Shown piece by piece: positions 1-12,475 of a stretch of DNA of 64,000 nt. Source of the DNA: Blepharisma stoltei ATCC 30299 (lineage: Eukaryota; Protista; Ciliophora); contig CBFDEM010000021.1 in NCBI GenBank assembly GCA_965603825.1, positions 885,585-949,584 of the forward strand. The letters run 5' to 3'. A program made the position numbers and the translations under genes. The notes under the pieces were generated by a model. It was not told where the DNA came from, ran no database searches, and worked only from the letters and a program-made list of their open reading frames with translations. Each line of letters begins with the position of its first letter. Position 1 is the stretch's first letter.

Positions 1-367
1 AATCAAATAAACTTTCAAGAGGTATGTGTTAGCAATTTATATAATTTTTACATTTGCAATCAAGCCTTACAATTATCCAAGATTTAGTTGGTGGCAAGGA
101 TTAATTTTAATCTCAGTTGCATGGTTGGCATTTATTTCCACTATCGCTATCTGAATACAGAAATGCTCAAATCCATTATTTGCAATTCTAATTTTTGGAA
201 ATTTTCTTATTATAATTATAGGGTTATATATTCAAAATAAAAAATACCTGAGCTTATTGTTCAGGAAAAAAGCAAAAGATGCTAGTACTTTGTTTAAATT
301 TGCATTCACTTTTGGAAAAAGTACAATTATTTCAAAAGAAAAAGTTATTCCATTTTCAAAAGATTAA
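1..367 (+). pseudogene. 3' end of a decayed VFT/multi-TM receptor paralog
   Basis: Frame from nt 11 reads TFKRYVLAIYIIFTFAIKPYNYPRFSWWQG...SLLFRKKAKDASTLFKFAFTFGK and stops at TAA 365-367, matching the C-terminus of the cluster genes. There is an in-frame TAA at 8-10, and the SQDITHG segment present in all paralogs is missing. Confidence 0.7.
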
Positions 368-1322
368 TATAAACGTAATACTTAATTTTTATATTTTTAT
401 TAGAAAATAAATATTTTAAATAAAAATCGTATTTTAGCCTTAAATTTTAATTAGTGCAGGTCTTTCCAAATAAATATTGTTTATATTATAAATTATCTTG
501 AAGATTTATTCTAAATAAAATTAGTTTAGATCAAGGTATAAAACTTAAGAATGGCTTTGTTTAATATTATAAATTCAAATGCATATTTAAATTTGGTTAA
601 AGCAGAGCGAAATAATAAAAGCCTGTTTTGGGTATTCTAAATCTACTTTTTAAATGAATTTTATGAATTGAGATCTAGTATAAGCCTAGTAATTTTTTAA
701 AAAAACCCTGAGCTTTGATTTTAGAGCGACTTGAAGGAAAAAGGGAATTTTGCTTTAAAAGAAAAGTAAAATCATAAAGAATAAAGTCTGATGAGAAAAG
801 AAATTTAAAATATTGGAAAATTATTTTTATTTTCTTCCTATTTAAGTATCGGTAATATTATAAGAAGATTATTTTTGATTCTAAATAAAAATTTAGGGAA
901 GAATAAAAAATTTAAAATCAAAATATTAATCCTAATTAATTAAGAACCTTTATGTTTTAAATTCAAATTCTTAATTTTCTGATTTTTGTAATTTAAATAA
1001 TCCATCTTAATAAATTTCAGAAAATTACTGTTAGTTATTAAATTTAATTGTTTTCTTAACCTTTTTGTAATTTTATCACATCTGATTATAAATTAAGCGC
1101 TTAATTTATTAATTTCATATAGAATAAAATTAAATTTTAACTATTCTTACTGTATAATGCTTATTTTAATCATAGAAATAGCTGGAAGATTCTTTGGAAA
1201 TCAGGTAATACTTAGCAAATTAGGTTAATATTAAATATTTAGCTTTATAATCTTAAATTGTCTTATTAATTTATTTTTTGTTAAATGTTTTTTTTTGCAT
1301 ATATATTAAAGTTGCATTAACA

Positions 1323-4300
1323 ATGGCATATTTATGAAGACTTCGTCAGAATTTTCAACCCATCATCTTACTATTTACTTTCTTTCAGCTGTCTGTTTCT
1401 TTAGAAATTATTCTTGCTTATGAAGACAATTATAATTTAAATTCCAGAGACTTAAATGTAACATCTCTTCTTGAGGTCACCCAATCACTAACTTCTCAAG
1501 TAGACTGGCACAATTGCAGAATCTCAAATTTGGCTAACTGCGTTGACTATTTCCCGAATTCATTAATTATCTTAGATTTATCTGAAAATTTGGATACCAG
1601 AAATGCAGTTTCCCATTTATGTAAAAGTCATATGATAATCCATTTTGTTTTACAAAGTGATTTTCGATTTCAAGACGACTTGACTTTTTCACTTGCATCT
1701 TCAAAAAATAAGCAAATAAATGCATTTTTGTCAGTTTTAGACTATTTAAATTGAACACAGGGAGTGGCAATTAAAAGTATTGAAAATCATAGTCTCAAAG
1801 AAGAATTAAAAGAATATTCTTCAAACATAGATTTTTTAACTGTTGAGTCACAATCAAACATAGAAGAATTAGTAAATAGAGTTGTTGTAAGACAAGGTGC
1901 TACTGTTTATTATATATTTACTAGCTCATTAGAGTCTTTAGAGCTGCTAAAATGATTTCAGAATGCAAAACTTTTAACTGCTGGTAATGGAATTATTTTG
2001 GATCAAGAAAGTGGGTATCAATGTAATATTAATGGAACTTTAATTGTTACTGAGTTTGGCCAAGAATTCGCAGCTTCTCCTGAGGAGTACTTGAAAAAAT
2101 CTATTATAAATGTGATTTCTTATATTTTAAGCCAAATATCTAACGAAACTGCTCAAGATATATTATCAGTTTTACAAAAATACCAAATTGAATATAAATT
2201 TTCTTTAGTCAATATCCAGAATGGAGCACGCGTCATTGTCGGATCAATTGTAAATAATATTATCTCAATATCAAATAATATGACTTTTCCTGGCAACTCA
2301 AATTCAATTCCAAAATCAACCAAAAAAATTTTAAATTTAAGCATTAATGCTGGGTCTACAAATCCGAATGCAGCTTCATCTACTAGCGGAGAAATCGGTT
2401 CTTGGGGCGCATACTTCGCAATGGACGAAATAAATGAAGGAAACACCTTTTTGCAGAATTTTCAGCTTCAATTTTTTAGTTTTGACTGTGGCGTTACAGT
2501 TTACGATTCACAATATGCTTATAATTGTTATAGCAAAAACATAAATAAATTAGGGCTAGGACAAATTTCACCATTTAGCTCAAGCAATGCAATAGGAGCT
2601 CTCCAGACTTTTAAAAAACTAAATGTGACGTTACCAGTAGTGGGCTGCTCAGTCACTGAGCCATCACTGAATTCTACAACAAGTTATCCTATGTTCACAA
2701 GGGTTTGGTTTACAGCGTCTTATGGATCCTCTTATCTTTCTGTCTTACTTAAAGCTATGGGATGGGAAAAAGTCTCAGTTTTGTATCAAAATAATTCATG
2801 AGGATTCTCTAAATTTTGGTATTTAAATCCAGCAATTGAAAGCCAAGGTTTAGAAATAGTAAACCCGGAAAATACTTGGTGAATCCCTGCAGGGCTTAAT
2901 AGAGAAAGCCTAAAAAACTACACAGATATTGCACAAGGCATTATTAATTCTCAAGCGAGATTACTAGTACTAAGTATAGAATATCCTATGTGTAATTATT
3001 TTTTTGAATTGCTTTATGATTTAGGCTTGAGAAAAGGCGATTTAATTACAATTGCAACTTATCTTGACACTCTCACAGTTATTGGGAATATCGATAATTA
3101 TAGGTATAAAAGACTTGAAGTTGGAATCCCGACGATGAGATTATCTTTGAGTACCTGGGTTGGTACAGTTGGCCAAGCAGCTAAAGCAGCTAAAGCAGAA
3201 GTCACAGCTATTCATAAGCAATCTCCTACTGTCTATACCTGCTCTTTTTATGACGGGACTTATCTTTTAGCTCATGCTTTAGATTATATGATAAACAGAG
3301 GCATAGATTATAAAGATCCTAATAAACTAGAATCAATTATCAGAATCCAGCAATTTATAGGGTGCACAGGAAGAATAGCCACAGACTCAGACAGTAATGA
3401 CAGAATTGTGGATTCCTGAGATATAGAAACTAATGAGATTGATAGTGAAGGAAATGTTACTACACAAGTCATTGGAACTTTTAAGCCATTTTCTTCACAT
3501 GTTTTTACGATATCTAATTCTTTTTTTTATCCTGATGGGACTACTATTAAGCCTAGTGATTTAAGAAATGAAAACAGTAAATGTCCGTTCCCAGAAAAAT
3601 TAGTTAAAACTTTTGCAAAGGGGAGGGCACTGCTATTTGGGATTTGTTTTTTTGTTGCAGTAGTTACTTTTGCTATCACACTATTTATATGGAAAAAATG
3701 ATGGAACATTACAAATGAGGACCTTAAGCAAAAAGAAGAAATTTCATTGCAAGATACAGTAGTAGCAATTTCTATAGTAATTGAATTTTTCCAATATTCT
3801 TCTATGGGGCCGAATTTTTCGATTTTAAGTCCTTTTATCGCAAATTTTTCTGGGGCGTTTTCATTGAATTTAGGAGATATTATAAAATTAGAAAATGGAG
3901 TGTTTTGGATATTAGTCGACATTGTTTTTGGAGGCATATTATTATGGGCAATTCTTTGTGCTGTAATTTTATTGAGACTTGATGAGAAATGGAATTTTTT
4001 ATCAGTCATAAAATTTTTATCGTGGCTTGCAGATTATCTTATGCCTATTTTAGGAAATTTGTGCTTTATTCCTTTTATTTCTATTTGTTTAGATATTTTC
4101 TTATGTGATCAATCCATCGGAGATAATTTTACAGACAGCTTTCTTGCTCGAGATTGCTATTATTTTTGCTGAAAAGATGAGCATTTAACTCATGCAATAT
4201 TATCATTTTTAGCATTATTTTTATATGTGCCCTTCGCTATTTTCTGTAGACCTCTTTGGCAAGAACTCCAAGGAATGCTTCATGTAAAAACAAGTCCTAC

Positions 4301-4733
4301 ATATTTGATGGTAAAAACCATTTTTCAAATAACCCTAATCGTTATGAATAAAACTATAAAAAGGTCTCAAGACATAACTCATGGGTGCTTATTTGTAACA
4401 GTTTTAATTGGTTATATTATTTTTACATTTAAATTCAAGCCTTACAACTACGCAAGATTCAGTTGGTGGCAAGGGTTAGTTTTAATAGGGGTTGCATGGC
4501 TAGCGTTTATTTCTACAATTGCGATAGGAATACAAAATTATTTTACTTCACTACTTGCAATACTTTTTCTTGGGTGGGTTATTATTATAATAGTAGGATT
4601 ATACAAACAAAAGAAAAAATACCCAAGCTTGTTATTCAGAAAAAGCGCAAAAGACACGTCTACATTGTTTAAGTTTGCTTTTACATTTGGAAAAAGTACA
4701 GGTATTTCAAAAGATAAAGTTGCTCCATATTAA
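1323..4733 (+). CDS. Receptor-like protein, copy 1: signal peptide, tandem Venus-flytrap (ANF-receptor/periplasmic-binding type 1) domains, ~9-TM domain, ~1136 aa
   Basis: ORF pieces 1530, 1764, 1998, 2988, 3747 and 4227 share one frame and are joined by TGA=Trp; ATG at 1323 precedes a hydrophobic leader. Motifs LNSTTSYPMFTRV, GWEKVSVLY, YDGTYLLAHAL and FIGCTGRI...DR are typical of ANF-receptor/class C GPCR ectodomains. Confidence 0.9.
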
Positions 4734-5117
4734 TATAAGATTGAATTCTGCTATTTAAGTTTTGCATATAAATTATTTTAAATTTATTTATAATTTAACT
4801 GAATTAATGATAAAATGAAACTTTTTCTTTTTAAATTTATCTCAAATACTAAAATTGATTGAAATAAAATCTTATTGCTTTGGCTAAATATATTTACTCA
4901 CAAATATCATCTTATTCCTCCTTAAGATTGTGAAAATGACTTTACCAGCAAAAAAGCTTTAATTAATATATTTATTTTTTAATCAATTTATTCGAGCTTG
5001 CCTTTACTTTTGGAACTCTGCATAACAAAGACTAGAGTATTATTAGTTAGAAGATTTGAAAAATTATAGCGAAATATTTTAATTGAAAATATTTCCTAGA
5101 AATATATTTAAAATTTA

Positions 5118-5420
5118 AGAGATGATATTAGTTAGCCTTGTTTGACAGATAATTTAATATTAGCTGAGAGCTGATTTTTGTGCAAGTTCTTACTATAATT
5201 GCACAGCTTTTTGCCTAAAAGCTCAAAAATTAAGTATCCAAGCTGATGTATCTACTGCATATTTCAAGCTTTCTTAAAACTATATCCATTCCATTTAAAA
5301 CCATTAGACAAAGAACGGCGTTTTTATACTCCATTATAGAGTTCAGCCAGATCTCGTTTGTCATTAAAGATTATTTTTTATTGCAGCAGTGATATAAAAA
5401 ATTATAAAATACGCTTTGAT
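5118..5420 (-). repeat. Inverted remnant of the 3' end and downstream flank of the Cys-rich gene family
   Basis: The reverse complement contains aagctgtgcaattatagtaagaacttgc...caaggctaactaatatcatctc, similar to 6250-6340. 5340-5415 is similar to the reverse complement of 6380-6478. Confidence 0.7.
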
Positions 5421-5444
5421 AAATGAATCTATTTAATTATTAAA

Positions 5445-6329
5445 TAATGCTGCTTTTCATATGTAAGATGTATATTTAGAATCCTGGTTTTACTTGTTAA
5501 TGTATTGGTATAATGGGCTAATTCATATTGTAATGTTTGGGCAGAATTCACTTATAAAGACTCATAATGGTGGCTATTCAAAGCCAACTGGTACTGTGGC
5601 TCTTGGCTTTGGCTATGGTGTTAGAGCTTACTTGTATGAAATTTCTTGGTTCAGCAGATTTACTTTATCGAGCAATAGTAACCAAATTACTCTATTTGAT
5701 TCGTCTGGTAACCTCAAATATCTAGATGGGACTTGCACAGTAACTTGCCCAGATTCCTGGTGTCATCCTACTCAAAAATGCTTAGGCTTGGCAACTTCCT
5801 GCTCTTCTTGCGATTCAACTGGATGTAAAGCTTGCTGAACAAACAAGGATCCTACAACTTTTTGCAATACTGACTGCCCTCCAATCTGTGCTAGATGTTT
5901 ATCTTCTACAGTATGCTCTCGATGCAATTCAGGGTATTTCCTCTATGATAAATCTGGGGCGACATCATGCGTTGGTAATTTTTATTTAGCTTGTATTGAC
6001 TCCTGCGATTCTTGCACAACAACTCCTGATTGTTTTTACTGTGCTAACTCAATTGCTCAAGATGGGTTGACTTGTAGAGTTGATTCTATTGGGTACCAAC
6101 TCAGCTTCTCTATCCAAATATTGAACTTGATTTTGCTCATCCGCTTGTTTCGACTCTGACTAAAGGCACCATTGAAGTGACTCTAGGTGATGCAACAGTG
6201 ATTGATACCTCAAGCTGGACTCTAAACTCTTGCGTTGCAGGCGCAGTAAGCTGCACAATTACAACTACTAACTTGAGTGCTAGTCAGCTCCCTGCTGAGA
6301 TTAAGGTATCGTTTAACCAAGCTAACTAA
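5445..6329 (+). pseudogene. 5'-truncated copy of a secreted Cys-rich (furin-like CxxC repeat) protein gene
   Basis: CxxC repeats (CSSCDSTGCKAC, CARCLSSTVCSRCNSGYFL). 15-nt intron at 5975-5989. A 1-nt deletion near 6112 relative to the minus-strand paralog (tct-agt-cca) shifts the frame. Stop TAA at 6327-6329; no start or signal peptide. Confidence 0.7.
5975..5989 (+). other. 15-nt spliceosomal intron
   Basis: GTAATTTTTATTTAG matches the heterotrich tiny-intron pattern (GTAA...A at -6...AG). It is conserved in the paralog at 12820-12834(-), and splicing gives C-V-A-C. Confidence 0.8.
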
Positions 6330-6494
6330 TCTCATTTCTTAATATTTTATAAATTATAAATAAAAATATTTCATAAAACCACTTTAGATTTATTATCAAA
6401 ATGCATTTTATAATAATGTTTTAATTCACGCTGTAATAAAACAAGGTCTTTAATGACAAAGCAGCTCTGGCTGAGCTAATTACATTATTTAAAG

Positions 6495-6512
6495 TGATTA
6501 AGGTGTCTAAAC
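6495..6512 (+). repeat. Target-site duplication, left copy (18 bp)
   Basis: TGATTAAGGTGTCTAAAC is identical to 11725-11742; its first 5 nt overlap the tail repeat, so the boundary is ambiguous. Confidence 0.92.
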
Positions 6513-6525
6513 TTTTTTCATTTTT

Positions 6526-9500
6526 ATGAGTCAGCAGAAAAAGAAGATTGTGACACTCAAGGCTGCCCAAGAAGAAATTCAACATTTGGGACTTAGCGGG
6601 AGTGGAACATTTTTCGGATTCCTGGCTCCAAACGAAATTTTGCCTGAAATAGAAGAATCACAATACCTCGAGAACTCAATAAAGGTCTATTTTTCCAAAT
6701 ACAAAAACAGGGAAGACAAAGGTGAAAAAAGGAGCTCTATGTTGCACTCATACTGGCACTGGAAGTTGCGGCAAAACCTGGAGATATCCTGAAGTGCAGA
6801 CAGCTGCCGTCCGGAGATGCAATAGTCATCTTCACCAAGAGCGAGGCTAGAAAGCAACTGCTGCAGGAAGGAAGAATGATGATCCAGCTTTGAAGTCAAA
6901 AAGTAAATGTACCAGTTGGACCAGTCGGTAGAAACGGTGACATTAACTTTCTCAGGTACCTCATGCAAGTGACATTACCAATAGAAATCGGAATTGGAGA
7001 TGTCTTGGAAGCCTTGGAGAGCAGGTGCAGAGTAGTGGAGGTTGTGATAGACAACATAATGAGAGATGAGAATACATGATATGCAGTTCACTTCAACCCC
7101 AACTCGAGGTACAGGATTTATGGAGAGTTTGCGAAACTGGAAGATGCGATAGACCTCCCAGAGGAAATCGTAATAAAAGGTAGGAGAATCTTTATCAATC
7201 ATGCAGCGTCGCTGCTCTGTGGGATCTGTAAGCAGATAGGACATAACGATGAGGGCCACAAAAGGATGGAGATGCAAAGAGAAGAAAGAATACGAGTAGA
7301 TGGTATAAGGAGGAAAAAGAAGGAGGAAGAAAGGAGGGTGCGAGTGAAGGCTATAGGGGAGAATTTAGGATTAAGAATGAAGTTAGAAGACGATAAACAT
7401 AATAACTCTACATATGCTGGGCTGATTAAAGCTGAGGAAGCCAAAACAGAGGCAACAAAAGAGCAGATAGATGGGAGGACGAGTGGACTGGCAAAGAGAA
7501 CTCCGCAAGAAGCAGGACTAGTTGATCCACCAATGAAGCGAGCTAAAATCAGGAAGAATCGGACTATGGCGATCGCTCACCTGAATATACGGAGTAAAAC
7601 AGAAGAAGGAACAGATAGAGAAATTTCTGCAAGAGGTGGGGGTAGAATACTTGGAATAAGTGAGACACACTGCTCAGAAACAGATTTCCTACCAAAAATC
7701 AATGGATTCAACTGAAGCCACAACCCAGGAACAGAAAGAAGTGCGGGTGCTGGAATCTTATATAGGAAAGGACTAGCGATTGAAGAAACCAAAGAATTTA
7801 CTCAAGGAAGGATAGCAGGGATAGTGATTGAGAGTCAGGTAATAATAGAAGCTTACTCACCTAAGGAAGGGGACGAAAAGGCTCTGGATGCTTTCTATGA
7901 GGGTTTAAACGAAGCTTGTGAATGGGGGAGAGCTAGGGGAAAATATCTACTACTATTTGGAGATTTCAATGCTCATATTAGAGGGTGATGATCAGACCAA
8001 ACCAACGGAAACGGACATCTTTTTAAGCAACTATGTGACGAATGAGGGTTGGAGATACTGCCGATGAACAAACCGACTCATTTACACTCAAGTGGATCCA
8101 CATTCTGCCTTGAATACTGCGCGATTGACAGACACATATTAGGCAAAGTGATAAGCTATGAGGACATTCAAAATAACCCGATCAAATCGGATCATTTACC
8201 AGTACTCCTTAAAATATGAGAAGGATGGTGAGAGACGAACAGACAAACAAAGAAAATGCTGAGACTCGATAGGCTCCAAAGCTCCACATACCTCAAGCTA
8301 TATCAAGAAGACGTCAAGCGAGATTTGCAGGACCTGGACATGAATGGAGATGTTGGACAGATCTACAGGGAGATAAACAAGATCGTTCTTGGATCGGCGG
8401 AAAGAGTATTAGGGGTCAAAGATGGGCAAAGAAGTGTGCTGGGAAGAGATTCCTTGTTGCTGCTTCGTGAAGCACGGAGATTTAGGTGAAAAGCGTTAAA
8501 GGCGCTGAAGAAGGATGCTGGAAAGTATGATGAGCTAATGAGAAAGCACAGGCTAAAAATGAAAGAATTTAAAAGAGAAAGGAGCAGGATAGAGGCCCTT
8601 ACAAAAAGGGAGCAGGAAATCGAAAATGCAATCATTGGTGAAAAAGACATGTGAGTCCTTTACAACAGGATCAAAAGACTGAAAAGAACCGAAATAATAA
8701 AGCTTAGTGGCAAAGAGGAAGAAGAGATGGTAGCATGGTGACAGGCCCAATACTCGGATTTGGTGGTTGAGACTGATCTCCCTAACGCAGACCCGATATT
8801 GCCTACCTGGGAAGAGGTGAATTGAGCCATATCTACGCTGGGAAATAAGAAAGCAACAGGCCCTGATGGAGTACCGGCAGAGCTAATTAAAGAAGGCGAG
8901 GAAATCATGAAGGAAATATATTGGAGACTGATCCGAAGGATTTGAAAAGAAAGATACTTACCGGTAGAAATGAAGGAAGCACTAGTGGTTCTGATCCCAA
9001 AAAAGAAAGGTACTAAAACACCGGAGGATTACAGGCCAATAACGCTACTTAACACGGTCTACAAAATATTAGACAAAATAATTGCGACGAGATTGGCGCA
9101 GGAAATAAATACGAAAATGATTATGCACACATCGCAAGCAGGATTCATCACTAATAGGGCGACATCTGACCAGATACATAAATTGGGAACAATAATTGAG
9201 TACTGTCTACTGAAGAAGAGGAAAATAAGATGCGCATTTTTGGACATTAGCAAAGCATTTGGCTCAATAAGACACAACAATTTATACGAGACTATGAAGC
9301 AAAGAGGGATCTCCACAGACAATATACGAATGCTGATAGCAATGTATAAAGAGGCAGAAAGCAGGATAATTATGGACGAACATCTAACCAGATCTATCAG
9401 TATAAAAAAGGGTGTGAGACAAGGTGGAAGTTCATCTCCAGTATGCTTTAATTTTATACCAAACGAGCTAGCATGGAAAATAGACGAAATGAACATAGGG

Positions 9501-11665
9501 GTTACAGTAGATGAAGACCGGCAATTAAAACTGGGGTTGCTACTCTATGCGGATGATATAGTGCTACTCGCACATAAAAAGAAAGAATTACAGGCACTCT
9601 GCGACATATGCGATCAATGAGCAAAGTACTACTCGCTAAAGATTAACCAAAGTAAGTCGGTCGTGGTAGATTACTCGAGTAGAGCCGGAGATCTGCATAT
9701 AGGAGTAAACGGACAGAGGCTAAAGCAAGAGAAACAGTTTAAATACTTGGGCAAAATAATAGCAAGGGGAAAACATAACAAAGCAGACTCGAAGAAAACC
9801 ACGGAGAAGACCAAAGCAGCATGTAGATCGACTAAAGCGATGCTGACAATGATGAAAAACATAAAGGCAACAAAAAAGGCCATCATAGCAAGAGCGTGTA
9901 TAGATCCAACAGCATTGTACGCGAAGGAATGTAGCCAGCAAAACTGAGATGATATTGCGATGAAGGTAGCTGAAAATGAGAGGATGGGAGTAGCAAGAGC
10001 TATACTGGTAGCACCAAGAGGTACAGCGAGAGAAACAGCAGGGCTAGACCTTGGATGAATCAGTTTAAAGAACCAAATGAGAATGCGCACCCTGTTCTTT
10101 AGAAAGAAAATGCTGGAAGCAGAGGACCAGCTCACAAAGGTGATAATGAAAATCAATAAGCACAATGCACTGGCCTGAGAAAAACGATGCAAAGTTTATA
10201 TGAATAATTTGGGAATTGAGGAATATGACAACAAGCAGATTAAGAGGACAGAAGCGAAACAGTGAAAACGAATACTAGAAGAAGCTGTAAAGAGATGTAA
10301 CCTAAAGGAAATGGTGCAGAGACTGGAAGCCGAGACGTACAAAACAACGGACCTCTACAGATGGACGTTTGAGGGAGCCAAGGCTACATACACTCCAGCG
10401 TATGTTCGGCTCAACTTCAATATGCACATGGCAATTGGTGCTATGCACAGTATGAGAGCAGGGTTTAACAGCAGCAATAGCTGTGCACACAAGAGACATC
10501 TGACCAAGACGCATTGTGTAATAATTGCAAGGTGGTGGAAACTGAGAAGCACATGCTAGTGCAATGCCCAATGTATGTGACGAAGAGAACAGAGCTAAAA
10601 AATAGCATAAATAAAGTGTTACAGGATGCACTGATAATGGATGTATCATTGTATGATGACCCGTTGCAAGGTCTGGTAATGCAGGTTGCACAGGTACGAG
10701 AAAAGCTAGGAAAAGGTGTACACATAATAGACAAAAATGAGGCACGGGTTAAGCAAGCATTGAGCGCCAGTGAGAATCATCTAGAGTGGCAAATGCTAGA
10801 ACATGAAGATTTGCCTATTCAAGGCATGCAACTACAAGGCATGCCATATTGTGGGGCGATTATGGACGGGGATACAAATGCAACAGCTGAGATGCTAGTG
10901 CAAGACACGCACATAATTGACAAAAAAGAGGCACTTAGCGACAGTGGCACACAAGGGAATCATATGGAGTGACGGATGCCACAACATGAAGATTTTCTTA
11001 TGCAGGACATGCAATTACAAGACATGCCATATTGTGGGGCGATTATGGACGAAAATATTGAAGAAATTATGGCGTCTGCAGGTACTGATGCTACACTTGG
11101 AACACAACTACAGCCGGTGCAAGCACATGCTGCACATGATATACAGGTGGCACATGATATGCAAGATGCACATGCACACACAAATGCAGCACCTGAAATG
11201 TTAATACAAGATGCACACATATCTGATGAGGAAGAGGCACGGATGAAGCAAGCATTGAATGACAGCGCTATACAAGGGAATCGTCTAGAATGGCCGATGC
11301 TACAACAGGAAGATTTGCTCATACAGGACATGCAACTACAGGACATGCCATATTATGGAGCGCCGATGAGTGAAAATACACAAGCTACGCATGAAGTTGA
11401 AATGCAGGACGGTTGGCAGTGAAACTATAACAAAATAGAAGCAATGGATTTACTGATGTGTACGTGAAGATATGAAATGATAATAGACAACTGAAGTAGG
11501 GAAGGGAAGCATGAAGTGGCGTTGGAGGTGGATCGACTAGTTAAGAAATTCCATGCAGCGACACTGAAGGAAAGAGCGGTGAAGCATCTTGAAGAATCAG
11601 GAAGGAAAGATGAAGTGGAATTAAGACAGAGAAAGATTACCTACTGATTTAAAAATGATCCATAA
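6526..11665 (+). CDS. LINE polyprotein (gag-like region with Zn knuckle, APE, RT, CCHC finger, repeat insert) with two apparent -1 frameshifts
   Basis: With TGA=W one frame is open from 6597 to TAG 10557-10559 and includes track ORFs 7266, 8256, 8970, 9663 and 10311. The ATG at 6526 is in another frame (shift by ~6730). CNNCKVVETEKHMLVQCP continues in a third frame from ~10514 to TAA 11663-11665. Confidence 0.8.
10720..11375 (+). repeat. Three imperfect ~50-codon repeats inside the LINE C-terminus
   Basis: HI(I/S)D..EA....AL....N(H/R)(L/M)EW.M...ED..(I/M)Q.MQLQ.MPY.GA.M occurs at about 10720-10870, 10905-11050 and 11210-11370. Confidence 0.9.
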
Positions 11666-11697
11666 GGATCGTTGGGCGGTTAATTGCCGCTAGATAA

Positions 11698-11698
<1 letters not shown>

Positions 11699-11729
<31 letters not shown>
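11699..11729 (+). repeat. (ATTG)n 3' tail of the LINE
   Basis: attgattgattgattg... runs directly into the right TSD. Confidence 0.92.
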
Positions 11730-11742
11730 AAGGTGTCTAAAC
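11725..11742 (+). repeat. Target-site duplication, right copy (18 bp)
   Basis: Identical to 6495-6512. Confidence 0.92.
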
Positions 11743-12475
11743 CACGCTCCTAATAAAGGGACAAAGGTTTTACAATAAGGCTTTTTAATTTCATATAAAA
11801 TTTTATTAGCTATCAAAAGCTAAGAGTAAGACACTATTTGTCGAATGTTGAATAAAAAATAGTGCAAATCGTTTATTAGCATAAGAAAATTGTTTAACTT
11901 CGCTGTCAAACGAATCTTGTAAAAAATATTTGCTTATCAAACAACTATAATCTGTCTTATAAGAAGATTAAAAGATGAAAGTTCAAGATAAAGCTATTTA
12001 TTAAGAAATAAAAAAAAATAGCATATGGAGGTCAGCCTTGAAATTCAATTATATGAGGGAAAAAATTACCTTTTTAAAAGATATAATTTTAAAATATAAT
12101 AATCGATATAAATTTAAATAGAATCCTGCTTATATATTGATAGATATTTTTTATTCTCGCATTTCTTTTCGAAGAAACTAAGATAATATTACGTTAAAAT
12201 AATGAGTTAATAAAATTTAACTAAAAAATTCAATTTTGTTATTATATTTAATTTAAAAATCAAAATATTTTCTAAAAATTTAGGAACAGCTTGAATTTCT
12301 GCTCTATTTATAGATTTTTTGAGCTTCAGCCAGAGCTGATTTGTCATTAAAGATCTTTTTTGATTTCAGCGTGACATTAATAATTATTAGTAAAAGCATT
12401 TTGATAAATAAATCTATTTGATATTTAAGCTGATTGTAATATTTTTATTTATAAGTCAAAATATTAAGAAATGAG

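Larger units (their letters stand above)
6513..11724 (+). mobile_element. Apparently full-length non-LTR retrotransposon (LINE) with APE endonuclease and reverse transcriptase
   Basis: Flanked by the direct repeat TGATTAAGGTGTCTAAAC (6495-6512 and 11725-11742), with an (ATTG)n 3' tail and higher GC than its flanks. APE motifs HLNIRS, ISETH, GDFNA, SDH; RT motifs KATGPDG, YRPITLL, QAGF, LDISKAF, GVRQG, YADD, KYLG. Confidence 0.95.

Noticed and set aside
3177-3200. 9-bp tandem duplication (AAKAAKAE) in receptor copy 1
   Set aside because: A trivial in-frame slippage event with no wider pattern.
6687-11346. Antisense ORFs in the LINE as an ORF0-like gene
   Set aside because: They are low-complexity mirrors of the purine-rich sense strand, with no motifs.
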